From Octopus bimaculoides (Eukaryota): a stretch of 62,740 nt of DNA. The notes under the pieces were generated by a model that saw only the letters and a list, made by a program, of their open reading frames with translations, did no database searches and was not told where the DNA came from. The first letter of the stretch is position 1; every line of letters begins with the position of its first letter. The position numbers and the translations under genes were made by a program. This document shows, piece after piece, positions 11,341 to 22,856 of the stretch. The stretch covers positions 66,399,363 to 66,462,102 of the forward strand of contig NC_068989.1 in the NCBI RefSeq assembly GCF_001194135.2. The letters run 5' to 3'.

Positions 11341-11776
11341 TGAAACAGTTCTAGAGGCGTCATTTTTCACCCACACGTAACAATAAAATTTTCACACACC
11401 CTCCACCAAGAAACTAAATTACATCTCCTCTCCCAAACTGCATTTTTTCTCTTCCTCACATTTCCTCTTCATACACTCTGATTATCTCCCACTCTCTTTC
11501 CCTTCCCTCACTGCCCTGCTCACTGTATCATTGCTACCCCCCCCCCCCNNNNNNNNNNNNCCCACTCAGGTTTTCACTAGTGACTGCATTCCCCACCCCC
11601 ACTTCCTACTCATACCTTTTTGGCACTACCCTGCAACGTATATTATGACCACCATGCCTTGAGGCACTTACCACCGCTTATCTCTCTCTTCCTTGCTCTA
11701 CCATCCCATCTATGCTCTGAATTATTATTATTATTTAAATGATATTTTTCGTAAATATTTGTTTTCTGACTTTCAG

Positions 11777-11919
11777 ACTCTAGAATTGATGTACCAAATT
11801 GCCAACCCTGCTAATATTAAAGTAATTAGTCAACATCTCCTAAAGTATATCTCCAAAGCAAGTCATGATCCATTTTGGCAAGCTGATATTGTTGCCAAAT
11901 TGTTCAGCCTGGTGGAGAA
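11777..11919 (+). CDS. AP4E1: AP4E1 exon ending at a U12-type AT donor
   Basis: tttcag acceptor. TLELMYQIANPANIKVISQHLLKYISKASHDPFWQADIVAKLFSLVEK, then /ATATCCTTT. Confidence 0.92.
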
Positions 11920-12854
11920 ATATCCTTTTCACTTTTGAAGATGTCTCAGATTTCAGCAAACTTCTTGCAATCCAATTTTTTAACAGTTCAATTCCAGATT
12001 CAAGTGTCATTTTATATCATGTATCATGTACATCAATAATGCTTTTGCAAAAGATGTGAAAAATGTGTTACACAAATGCATTTCTGTTTCCTTTCTAAAT
12101 GCCAAAACTATTTGCAGAATCAGTAAAGTATCTTGTGGGATTTGCTTATAATCTTTTGCACTCTGAGTTCAAATCCCATCAGAGTGGACTTTGCTGTTCT
12201 ATGTCAAGGATCACTAAAGGCAGTACCCAGTGATGTAGCTAGGGTAAAGCTGCAAAACTATGCCCCCCACCACTACCACCGTTATAAAATCCATGATATT
12301 ATATAGTACTTATTTGTTACAAGTGATTAATTGTTTTAAAGTAATATTTTAGGAATAAGTACATTACTAGGGTTCATTTACCTGCTGGTTCAGTACAGCC
12401 TGTAATTCAAAATATATTTTTTGAATGTTTACTTTTATGAAACCTCCCTATTTTAACCATTTAATGCACCAGCTTCCCCAATTGAAACATTAAAAAACCC
12501 AATGTGTGAAATGAGATGTAATAAAAAAAAATACAATTGTTTAAAGTCTCATCTTTCTTGCTTCTGATGAGGTGCCCCTGTTTCAATCAGCACCTGGGGC
12601 ATATGTCCCCCCTCCCAGTTACACTGCTGGCAGTACCACACAAATACTGAGAAGACTGTCAGTATTATCGATTGTTTCTCCTACAAATTTGTTACCTTGA
12701 CAGAAACCATTTTTAACTAAATATATATATTAAGAATGCTTAACTGAGTCATCTTATGACTATAACATCAATACAATAAAGCTCACAAAGTGAATGTTGT
12801 TTTTTTTTATGAAAATATCAATATTTTATTTTAAATTCCTTGACCTCTTTTTAC
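11920..12854 (+). other. U12-type (minor spliceosome) AT-AC intron, 935 nt
   Basis: Donor ATATCCTTTT at 11920, branch site TTCCTTGAC at 12836-12844, terminal AC at 12853-12854. Splicing here restores the frame EK|LSSCDKW (human EK|YAPDNAW). Confidence 0.9.
12228..12629. mobile_element. hAT-type MITE with 8-bp TSD
   Basis: Left end CAGTGATGTAGCTAGGG, right end (reverse complement) CAGCAGTGTAACTGGG; TSD GCAGTACC at 12220-12227 and 12630-12637. Confidence 0.8.
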
Positions 12855-12967
12855 ACTATCAAGCTGTGATAAATGGTATGTTGACACGATTAATAAATTA
12901 TTAGAAGTTACCAAAGGAAATATTCCCAATGAGATTGTCTACAGACTTCTAAATGTAATTGACAATG
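12855..12967 (+). CDS. AP4E1: AP4E1 exon following the AT-AC intron
   Basis: AC acceptor, gtgagt donor, 113 nt. LSSCDKWYVDTINKLLEVTKGNIPNEIVYRLLNVIDN. Confidence 0.88.
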
Positions 12968-12999
12968 GTGAGTACATCTTTTATCTTTTACTTGTATCA

Positions 13000-13369
13000 G
13001 TCTGTTGACAGCAGCCATGTTGGGGCACCACCGTGAAGGGTTTTAGTTAAGCAAATTGAACCCAGGACCTGTTTTTTAAATCTTAGTACTTATTTTATCA
13101 ACCTCATTTGCTGAACCACTAAGTTAGGGTGATGTAAGCACATCAACACCAGTTGTCAAGTGGTAATGGTGGGCAAACACAAATGCAAAGACACACACAC
13201 AGACATGCATGATAGGATTCTTTCAGTTTCCAAATCCACTTACAATGCTTTAGTTGGCCCAAGGCTATAGTAGAAGACACTTGCCCAAGATGCTGCATAG
13301 TGGGACTAAACATGGGACCACATGGTTAGAAAACAAACTTCTCAATTACACAGCCAAACCTGCACCTAT

Positions 13370-13370
<1 letters not shown>
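13000..13370 (-). mobile_element. Family A SINE with its 3' (D) half
   Basis: Reverse complement of the A head, (CA)n centre and AGCATGGCxGCAGTC tail. Confidence 0.65.
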
Positions 13371-13460
<90 letters not shown>

Positions 13461-13899
13461 TATATAAATACTTGTAGACTTAATGAGTATATTTACATGG
13501 AATACAAATAAACAAAAGCAATATGATAGTCTTATCTTGACAGCTGTTTCGGATGAACCATGTCCTGTGCCATAACAATATTTATTATGTAACAAAGACC
13601 CATAATATCATCGGTGTAGATTTTTATTCCGTGTAAATACACAAATACACTCATTATGCTTGACAGAGATCATTCTTAAGGCTGTTATGGGTTGGACGGT
13701 TAGACAGGGTCTGATTAGATAGAAGAATGCACCAGTGTCTGTTTTGGCAGGGTTTTATGGCTAGATGCCTTTCCTAACACCAACCACCTTACAGAGTGCA
13801 CTGACAATCCATAACGAAAGCAGCAAAGAAGACCTTATGTTAAAAATGAAACCTAGGCACAATCCAACCATATTCATATTCATCTGTTATTTCTTGCAG

Positions 13900-14003
13900 C
13901 TTCTAAGAAGGACAAGGAATTTTCTCATTACATGTTCACATGTTACATGGAATACCTTCGGAAAGAGTCACTTCCCAACACCATTATTCAGGTGGCAGTG
14001 TGG
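13900..14003 (+). CDS. AP4E1: AP4E1 exon
   Basis: cttgcag/gtaaga. SKKDKEFSHYMFTCYMEYLRKESLPNTIIQVAVW vs human ...PQRFLQVMSW. Confidence 0.88.
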
Positions 14004-14029
14004 GTAAGAGTCTGCAATTTTTACAACAC

Positions 14030-14510
14030 TTTTTTACATCTTCTTACCTTTCCTTTTTTTTTTTGTCCCCCCTCTGTTCCGTCTGCTTTCTTTTGTTTCT
14101 CTTTTTCTTTCTTTCTTTCCTCCTTTCTCTTTTTTCCTCTTCTCTTCCTACCATTCTTTCCTTCTTATCTTCCTTCAATCTTTTCCCTCTTTCCTATCTT
14201 TCTCTCTTTCAGTCCTTTCCTTTCCTCCCTTCCTTCCTTCCTTCCTTCCTTTCCTTTCTTCCCTTCCTTCTTTTCTTTTGTTTCCTCCTTTGTTCCTTCT
14301 TCCCTTCCTTCATTCTTTTCTTTCATTTTTTCCATTCTTTCTTCAATCTCTTCTTTCCTTCCTCTCTTCCTTCATTCTTTGTTTTCTTTCTTTTTCCTTC
14401 CATTCTTTCTTCAATCTCTTCCTTCCTTCCTTCCTTCCTCCCTTCCTTCATTCTTTCTTTCCTTTCTTGCATCTTTTCTTATCCTCTGTCTTCCCTCCTT
14501 TCTTAAGAAA
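14030..14510. repeat. (CTTT/CCTT)n low-complexity polypyrimidine tract
   Basis: Directly visible; explains the F/L/S-rich spurious ORFs at 13932-14538. Confidence 0.95.
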
Positions 14511-14580
14511 AAAAATTAAAAAAACAGAAGGCAAATGAGAAGAACCCTTTGTCTGAGAAACCTATCCATTCATTTTCCAG

Positions 14581-14805
14581 GTGATCAGTGAGAATCCTTG
14601 TGAAGTTAGTAAGTCATTGCCAACTACGGATATTGTCAGTATTTTGTTGTCTCATTTCTGTAACAAAACCACTTCTGATGAAAGTCGCTGCTGGATATGG
14701 ACAGCAATGACTAAAATAATGCACACCTTGGATCATGAATCTACCCTTTTGGCCCTTAATTCTCTTGATGTTGCTGATATAAATATGTCTTCAGAAACAA
14801 ACCAG
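14581..14805 (+). CDS. AP4E1: AP4E1 exon
   Basis: ttttccag/gtaaga, 225 nt. VISENPCEV...DESRCWIWTAMTKI...SETNQ vs human VLGEYS...SETKAWLIAAVTKL. Confidence 0.9.
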
Positions 14806-15554
14806 GTAAGAACAAATTCTATTATATCTGTAAGAACCTATCTCTAACCATCTCTCACTCTCACTCTCCCATACACCCTTCCAAACACTACCCATTCACT
14901 CACACTTCCTGGTCTCCTGTCCCCACTCATTTTTACTTTCCTTGTATCATGACAGACAGTCCACCCTGACACTTCATCAACATTATTCTTATCTCTGGCC
15001 AGTTCCACCCTGACCACTCACATATTCTCTTCTATGATGTGAGTAGCTATGTTCTTCATCTACAGCAAGAAACCTGTTCTGCTCTGGCCCCGTTTAACTT
15101 TTCTTCTCCTAGCACAACATAACTTTTGTCACTGCTGTAACCCCCACTCAGTCAAAGCTGAATCTTAATCTTACAGGCTGTATGGTAACCTCACTTGTGC
15201 TGGTGCCACAAAAAAAAAAAAAAAACCGCATCCACTACATACAATAAAGTGGTTGGCATTGAGAAGGGCATCAAACCATAGGAATCCTAGCAAAGTAGAC
15301 AGTGGAACTCTATTCAGTCCTTGGACTCTTTGGGTTGTGACAAACTGTCCAACCCATCCCAGTATGGAACTTGGACATTAAAACGATGATGATGAGGATG
15401 ATTATGTTGGGTGTTTGTGTATGTATAATATTAAAAAATTGTGTCATTCCAAAAGAAAACAAGTTTTAGAAAAGTTTTTTTTCTCTGCTGTTGCTTATCC
15501 AAGCATGTTGTAATGTTGCTGTTTTCTGACAATGAAAATCTTAGAAAAAAATGT

Positions 15555-15840
15555 CTTCTGGGTTCAGTCCCACCGTGTGTCACCTTGGGCAAGTCTCTTC
15601 TGCTTCAGCCTTTGGCTGACCAAAGTTTTGTGAGTGGATTTGGTAGACGAAAACTGAAGTATATATTTATGTGTGGTTACGTCTGTCACCTAGCAGTTCG
15701 GCAAAGGCGACCGATAGAATAAGTTTTAGGCTTACAAAGAATAAGTCCTGGAGTCGATTTCTTCGACTAAAAACCTTTAAGGTGGTGCTCCAGCATGGCT
15801 GCAGTCAAATGACTGAAACCAGTAAAAGAATAAAAGAACA
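15555..15840 (+). mobile_element. Family A/D SINE copy
   Basis: GGGTTCAGTCCCAC...GTGAGTGGATTTGGTAGACG...CAGCATGGCTGCAGTCAAATGACTGAAAC. Confidence 0.7.
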
Positions 15841-16281
15841 ATCCAGCATGGCCCACAGACTTCAGGCTGAAATATATGAAAGAATGTGTTTATAAAGGGA
15901 GGTAACTATCTTATCAATATTAGAGTAATGTCCCTTGAACCGTTGTAATTTGCTTCTGTTTCTCTTTTCCTTACCCACTGTCTTTGGCGCTTGACATTTT
16001 TATAGGGAACCCATTTCTCATCACCAGTTAGTATTCGGTCAAAAAAAGGTAACCCATTTCTCATGGCTAGTTACTATTCGATCAAAAAAAGGTTCATTCG
16101 TGTGACGTGACTGCAAAGAAGAGCACTCATTCACTCCCTTTGGGAAAGTCTATGGCAAAGACACTTGCTCATTCCAAAGGTTGACACTCCAGTTCATGGC
16201 CAAAGCTTGGTCTTGCACTACTACTACTTCTATTTGTAATCTTTTGCTATCAATTTTAATCTAACTTTTTATGTCTTTCAG

Positions 16282-16383
16282 CGGTTCCAAGAAGTGAAAC
16301 GACTAACTTCTTTTTACTTCAATCAGAATTCAAATTCAGAAGCAGGCTTGTCCTTCCACGTAAATCAATCTTTTACCAGTGAA
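16282..16383 (+). CDS. AP4E1: AP4E1 exon
   Basis: ctttcag/gtaagt, 102 nt, phase 0-0. RFQEVKRLTSFYFNQNSNSEAGLSFHVNQSFTSE (QRxxE position, human RQHAFELKHL). Confidence 0.82.
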
Positions 16384-16892
16384 GTAAGTGAAGCTTCATT
16401 ATTTATTTATCTTTTGCTTTATTTACTTATTTCAGTGATTGGACTGTGGCCATGCTGGGGCATTGCCTTGTAAAGTTTAATTGAATAAATTGACACCAGT
16501 AATTTTTTTTTTTTCATGTTTGTAACATATTCTATCAGTGTCTTTTGCCGAACTGCTAATTTATGGGGATGTAAACAAACCAACACTAGTTGTCAAGCAG
16601 TGATGGAGGACAAGCACACACACACACACACACACACACATTCACACACACACACCTTTATATGTACATATATAACAGTCTGCCAAATTCATTCTGAAGG
16701 CATTGGTTGGCCCAAGCCTATATGAAAAATCTAAGGTGCCTTGCCATGGGACTGAACCTGAAACCACATGGTTGCAAAGTCAGCTGCTTAACTACACAGT
16801 CACACTTGCTCCTATTACCTTTTCCTGTGCTTATATTATTTCCCTGTCATCTATTTTCTGTATCCTACACTTTAATATTTAGACATTCCTTA

Positions 16893-17045
16893 AGGCAACG
16901 AGCTGGCAGATTCGTTAGCATGTCAGGCAAGATGCATAGCAGCATTTCGTCTGTCTCTCTGTTCTGAGTTCAAATTCCACCAAGGTTGACTTTGCCTTTC
17001 ATCTTTTTGGGGGTCGATAAAATAAGTACCAGTTGAACACCAATA
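16893..17045 (+). mobile_element. Family C SINE copy
   Basis: GGCAACGAGCTGGCAGATTCGTTAGCATG...CTGAGTTCAAATTCC...AAGTACCAGTTG. Confidence 0.75.
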
Positions 17046-17479
17046 AGTTCAATGCAGTTAATGTTCTTCAACAGTTGCAAGTTGATAGCTGCAGGGAAAA
17101 TAAATGGTAAGGAACAAATTCTGATATTCTGGGTAGGAATGACTAATGAAGGGATTATTGCAAAGCTTTGCCTAGTGGTTAATGTGTGACCCAAATCCTG
17201 GTAGAGCAGAAAGTGTGAGTTGCAGAAGAGGGGAAACACAGGATGGGTGACATAAGCAGAGACAAGTGAGTTAGGAGTACATGATTGAAAGTGATATGAA
17301 ACCAGTCATCTCTGAGATGCAAAGGCCATTGAAGTTTCTGTAGAAAAGGTAAAGAGAAGACACAGCTTGTCTGTGGTCCACAAGAGGATTCCACTGCTAA
17401 TAGATTTATTTGTATATTTCTGTTTATTTCTCTGATAATCAGCCAGTCTCTTCTCTCTCTTATTGTTACACACACATGC

Positions 17480-17860
17480 TCATGTGCATCAAGAAAACAC
17501 CACCGCAGCCCTCAGCTAGAGCCCTCACAGTCACTCCTAATACTGGGTCCACGTATCAGTGAGGCTCTCTCCCTGCAAAAATACATCCTTTGCATAGCTA
17601 GGACTGTATCCTAGGCACTATTTCTTCTCTTTTGGGCCCTAGCAACTATTGACACTCTACAAAGCTTAAGTGCAGCTCCTTTAGGAGCACCCACCCAATC
17701 TGGGTCATTACTGCTTTTCTACCCTCTGACATTCTATCCCACATCCAAAGAAGGGCTACTCGGTTGGTTGATATTGTGTCACTAATAGACACACTCCAGC
17801 CCCTGCTCAAAGCGTCTCGAATGGTTAAGTGTTCTGCCTCTTCCACCTGTCCCAGCAATT
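17480..17860 (+). mobile_element. CR1/L2-group LINE ORF2 remnant
   Basis: Frameshifted LYKA*VQLL*EH and ILSHIQRRATRLVDIVSLIDTLQPL. Confidence 0.55.
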
Positions 17861-17970
17861 AAAAAGTTTTTAAAAAATTAACAAAAAAAAAGCAGACATC
17901 ACAGTTTCATGAAATTTCGAAACAGTTCCATCTGTTAAGTTGTCTAAAATACCTTTTTCTTAATTTTCAG

Positions 17971-18076
17971 TTGGATTTTACACTTTCCTTTGTCGATGAT
18001 TATGTAAGTTTGTCCTTAGAGAATGGGGCTATGCCTTTCAAGCTGAACCAAAACGAGAATAACAATAGTAAAAATG
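17971..18076 (+). CDS. AP4E1: AP4E1 exon
   Basis: ttttcag/gtaagt. LDFTLSFVDDYVSLSLENGAMPFK vs human VDASLSFLDGFVAEGLSQGAAPYK. Confidence 0.93.
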
Positions 18077-18139
18077 GTAAGTTATCACTTTCATATATGT
18101 TGTTGTTTTTATATGACAAATCCAACAAGCATAGATATA

Positions 18140-18347
18140 GGAGGGAGTGCTGAAAAGTTCCTGGCTTTAGGTAAAAGAAAATACAGGAGGATTAGTTGAT
18201 TATGATTTTATTCAATATATTCCTCTCTTTGGTTCACATACTTATTGCAGTGGTCCTTCAGTTTTTCTAAGCTCTGTAAAAGAACTCGGAAGGTTGGGCC
18301 TCCAACTAGGCCTTTTGTGATACCCTTAAAGCCAGAAACTTTTTAGT
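18140..18347. mobile_element. mariner-like MITE
   Basis: TA-GAGGGAGTGCTGAAAAGTTCCTGGCTTT at left; AAAGCCAGAAACTTTTTAGT inverted at right. Confidence 0.6.
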
Positions 18348-18349
18348 GG

Positions 18350-19350
18350 TTGAGAAATTCACGTCACAACTATACCTGTTCTGGGGAGGCAAGAGAGAGT
18401 ACTGTTATCTTTTCATTGAGCTTCCCCAGTAAAATCTACACCGAGTATCTTGTAAAGAGATTTAAGGATATTGTTGAGCCCAAACTAGGTAAAGAACAGT
18501 GTGGCTTATATTATGTACACAGTACAAGTGACTAAGCATTCACTCTGTGGCAGGTCTTCGAAAAATCTGGGGCATATTACCAAGAAATGTAGGCTTGCTT
18601 TATAGACCCAGAAAAGGTATAAGACCGAATGTTGCAGGACATGCTGTGGAAGGTTTTGCTGGAGTTTGAAATCAATGATTCACTTCAGCTTGCCAGATTG
18701 CCATGAAGCCCCTATACAAATGCTGGAATGTTCATGTTCAGGTGATTGGTGCTAAGTCGATACCTTTCAACAGGAATGTTGGACTTCAGCAGTGGTGCAT
18801 TCTGTTATCTCTCCTCTTCATAATTCATAGGAACTAGATTGGCATGTGCAGCCATTGTAGAAGTGACATCAAAACTAGTGGATGTGGGGATTAGTTAGCT
18901 GATATTTGCAGGCATCATGGTGTTAATTGGCTCATTAGAAGATGTTCTCCAGCTTGCACTAAATGGATTTGCTACCAAGTGCTGCAAGGCAGAGATGAGA
19001 ATAAGTGTTGTGAAGACTGAAACGTTACTCCTTTCAAGAAAACCACCGAATTGCACTCTGCCTGTTATCAGAACATCACCTGACAATGAAGAAGTTCAAA
19101 TATGTTAGGGTTGTGTTCATTGTTGATGGAGGCAGGAAGCTGAATTGATACTGAAATTACTGGTACTGGTACAGTAATGCACCAGTTTCAACATTCAACC
19201 CTCAAAAGACGAGAGGCTGGTAAAAAGCCCATCTTGCAACTTGCTATCTTCTGTTTGGTTTCCATGACTGTCCTCACCTAAGGCTATAAATGTTGGGTAA
19301 TTAGTGAAAGAAGCCATGCCAAAGCTGACATCAGAGCAGTCATGTGGCTT
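18350..19350 (+). mobile_element. RTE-clade LINE reverse transcriptase remnant (stops and frameshifts)
   Basis: EYLVKRFKDIVEPKLGKEQCG..., VLIGSLEDVLQLALNGFATKCCKAEMRISVVKTETL, ...FKYLG-like segment. Confidence 0.8.
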
Positions 19351-19440
19351 GTCAGATCCTGCCAGACCATCCAAACTATGCTAGAATGGCAAATGGAATT
19401 TAGATGGTAGTGGTGGTGGTGACAGTAGCAGTGGTGGCAA

Positions 19441-19479
<39 letters not shown>

Positions 19480-19534
19480 AAACGATATATAAATAAAGAA
19501 GTGAAAAAAAGAAGTGTACATTTTGTTTTTGCAG

Positions 19535-19700
19535 AAATGTGGCTGTTTGATGATATGCAGTACGACAGTTACCCTTCTTCAGAAATACCGCCCTGGCCAA
19601 ATCAGATAGAGAATGGTCGTACTAATAGAAAAGCTGATGTAAACAGCAACAGCAGTGCTGAGAATACTTTCACAAATATTAGCAACAAGTCTAAGAACTT
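19535..19700 (+). CDS. AP4E1: AP4E1 exon (linker)
   Basis: ttttgcag/gtaagt, open frame MWLFDDMQYDSYPSSEIPP...SKN; phase 1-2 fits neighbours. Confidence 0.8.
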
Positions 19701-19974
19701 GTAAGTATTGTATCAATTTACTCTTCATTCATCTACTCATTTATATCTTTTATTTTTTTACGGACTGTGGCTGTGATGGGACACAGTTTCAAAGGCTTTT
19801 AGTCAAACACATCAACCCAAGTCTTTTTTTTTTTTTCTAATCTGGTGCTTATCCTGGCAGACTCTCTTGCTAAACCACTAAGTTACTGGGACATGAACAA
19901 AGCAACATTGGTCATCAAGTCGGGTGAGGGAGGGACAATAAACAAACACTCACACACATACTTGTACATACATG

Positions 19975-20580
19975 TATGAGGTCGTTGCCAGTGCCTCTGG
20001 ATTAACTCCTGTGCAGGTGGCGCATAAAAAACACCATTTGAGCGTGGTCGTTACCAACACCACCAGAGGCACTCGTGCCGGTGGCACGTAAAAGCACCCA
20101 CTACCTTCTCGGAGTGGTTGGCACTAGGAAGGGCATCCAGCTGTAGAAACTCTGCCAAATCAGATTGGAGCCTAGTGCAGCCATCTGGTTCGCCAGTCCT
20201 CAGTCAGAGCATCCAACCTGTGCTAGCATGGAAAGCGGACGTTAAACAATGATGATGATGATGATGATGATATCATCATCATCATCATTTAATGTCCACC
20301 TTCCATGCTGGCATGGCTGGGATGGTTTGACAATAGCTGGCCAGGCAGAAGCCTGCACCAGACTTTTGTAACTGTTTTTGCAGGATTTTTACAGCTGGAT
20401 GCCTTTCCTAACACCAACCACTCAGCCAAGTAGACTTGGTGCTTTTTACGTGGCACTAGCATAGGCAAGATAAGTTTTGGCAAGGTTTTTACAGCTGGAT
20501 GCCCTTTCGAACGCCAACCTCTTTACAGTGTGAACTGGATGCTTTTTAAGTGGCACTTGTGCTGACAGGGTCACCAAATA
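19975..20580. mobile_element. Two family B copies in tail-to-tail orientation
   Basis: The + copy ends in (GAT)n at ~20270; the - copy starts immediately with (ATC)n. Confidence 0.75.
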
Positions 20581-21132
20581 ACTTACAAGACATAAATCTT
20601 TTGTGAGGGTAGGGGGCATTGGAGGAGGTGATCTTGTGTCAGATGATGAAAGGTTATAGTGAGGCAGAGAGATAGAAACAGGTGTGTTGCAGTAGAGGAG
20701 GTACGAGGTTACCTGGCCAGAGAGAGAGATCAGAAATGGAGACAGAAAGAGGTACACTGCTGCAAAGGAAAAACATGGATACCCAACCTGAAGGAAGTGC
20801 AGAAGAAGGAGAAAAAGAGGGAGAGAGAGAGAGAGAAATCAGAAATGAAGACAGAAACAGGTGCGCTGCCACAAAGGAAATAAATGAGAGAAGTGCAAGA
20901 GAAGGGGAGAGAGAGAGAGAGGGAGACAGCAGTAAGGGGATGAAAAACCATCAATAAGAAGATAAAGCTGCAGCTGTTATACTAACAACCGTCTACATCT
21001 GTGAAACTGAGAAGGCAGAAAAAATTTCTCAACTACCTGACATGCCCCATTGATGCTGCCTACTTTCAAAGCAGCAGCATTGGCAGTGGTTACTTTAAGT
21101 TGTTTTATCTCCGTTTTTACTTTTTGTTTCAG

Positions 21133-21253
21133 TAATTCCCAGTTACTTCAATTAAAGGGTATTAAAAAAGTCTGGACTAAAGATGGCATTATCCAAGAAC
21201 ATTCTACCGCTAATTCTTCGAGTGAGAAACCTGATTTTGTTGGTGGTTTACAG
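21133..21253 (+). CDS. AP4E1: AP4E1 exon
   Basis: tgtttcag/gtaata. NSQLLQLKGIKKVWTKDGII vs human NSLKLEGIKKLWGKEGYL. Confidence 0.9.
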
Positions 21254-21734
21254 GTAATATTTTTTTTATTTTATTTCCTTTTACTTCTTAGTCCACAGAA
21301 TATTTCTCACTAGAAAAGAATATTGATTTCAGATTTTGGCGCAGGGCCTGCAATTTCGAGGTGGGTAAGTCGATTCCATCTACTCCAAAGCTCAACTGGT
21401 ACTCACAGATGTTGTGGGATGTATCATCAGTAATGTTTCTGGGGTTTCTGATCTTTGAACATCAGAGCCCCCAGCTTGCATCTCAACAGTAGCAAACCAC
21501 TGGTTTGTCTTCTTTATCCAAAGCCACTTAGTGACTTTTTCTACACCTTCAATTGATAGAATTTACAGCGTTCCTCTCTGCTGCTTATATATATACATAT
21601 TAAACAAAGATTGGGAAATTTGGTAAGACAGGACTCACTGAGGCAGATTTTCTACAGCTGGATGCTCTTCCTGTCACCAGCTCAAACTGCTTCCAAGCAA
21701 CATAATACTTTCTAATGGCCGGCACGCTAGAAAA

Positions 21735-22032
21735 TCATTCGAGCGAGGTCGTTGCCAATGCCGCTGGACTGGCACCTGTGCAGGTGGCACGTAAAAAACA
21801 CCTTTTTCAGTGTGGCCGTTGCCAGTACCGTGTGACTGGCCCTCATGCCGGTGGCACGTAAAAGCACCCACTATACTCTCGGAGTGGTTGGCATTAGGAA
21901 GGGCATCCAGCTGTAGAAACTCTGCCAGATCAGATTGGAGCCTGGTGCAGCCTTCTGGCTTGCCAGTCCTCAGTCAAATCGTCCAACCCATGCTAGCATG
22001 GAAAGAGGATGTTAAACGATGACGATGATGAC
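21735..22032 (+). mobile_element. Family B retroelement fragment
   Basis: GTGCCGGTGGCACGTAAAAGCACCCACTA...GGAAAGAGGATGTTAAACGATGACGATG. Confidence 0.75.
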
Positions 22033-22424
22033 ATCTTTTCCACAGAATGCTGGAAGCAAATGACATCACTTATATATCGGTGACACTCATTTAGAATCGT
22101 CACATGATATCATGACAAGGGGACACATATACACACATGCACACGCGCACACACACACACACACACACACATAAGATAGGCTTCCATATAGTTCCCATCT
22201 GTCAAGTCCACTCACAAGACATTGGTCAACCCGGGACTGTAGTAGAAAACATTTGTGCAAAGTGCTGTGCATTGGAACTGAACCCGAAACTACATGGTTA
22301 GCAAGCTAGCTTCTTACCCACACAGCCATGCCTTCTAATTTTTAGGAATTACTATGTAATTTCGTTGTGAATAATTGTAAATCCCCAAAACTCCGAGACA
22401 TGTTTAAATATTATTTTGTGACAG

Positions 22425-22523
22425 CAGGGTGACGGAGCCAAAGAACTCAGTCAAGAAGAAGAAATAAAACAGAACGAAAAGCAACAATTTGCCACTGCTT
22501 TATTTGCTGGGATTTCACCGCAG
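22425..22523 (+). CDS. AP4E1: AP4E1 exon with tandem NAGNAG acceptor (alternative start 22428)
   Basis: gacag|cag| acceptor, CAG/gtgctg donor. ...EEEIKQNEKQQFATALFAGIS vs human EEKEKQLLASSLFVGLGS. Confidence 0.85.
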
Positions 22524-22705
22524 GTGCTGTACATTATATTTTTTTTTGTTTTAGTTTATTTTTGCCTTTTGATATTTTTTGTTTTTTGGGAGTTGATTCT
22601 TGCAGGAAATTTCTTACTGTGACTTATAATTTATTTTGTAAAAAATTATGTAAAATACTAGTTCTTTGTTACAAGTTAAATGGTAAACTTTTAAATTCAT
22701 GTTAT

Positions 22706-22856
22706 GTCATCATCATCATCATCATCATCGTTTAACGTCCGCTTTCCATGCTAGCATGGGTTGGACGATTTGACTGAGGACTGGTGAAACCAGATGGCTA
22801 CACCAGGCTCCAATCTGATTTGGCAGAGTTTCTACAGCTGGATGCCCTTCCTAACG
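22706..22856 (-). mobile_element. Family B fragment, CpG-intact (probably young)
   Basis: Near-identical to 776-923 and truncated at nearly the same point, next to (TA)n. Confidence 0.75.

Noticed and set aside
9132-14538. F/L/S-rich or K/E/R-rich ORFs (9132-9858, 9151-9477, 13932-14519)
   Set aside because: These are translations of polypyrimidine microsatellites.
16005-16093. ~42-bp tandem duplication (AACCCATTTCTCAT...TATTCG.TCAAAAAAAGGT)
   Set aside because: Two diverged copies only; an ordinary local duplication with no functional signal.
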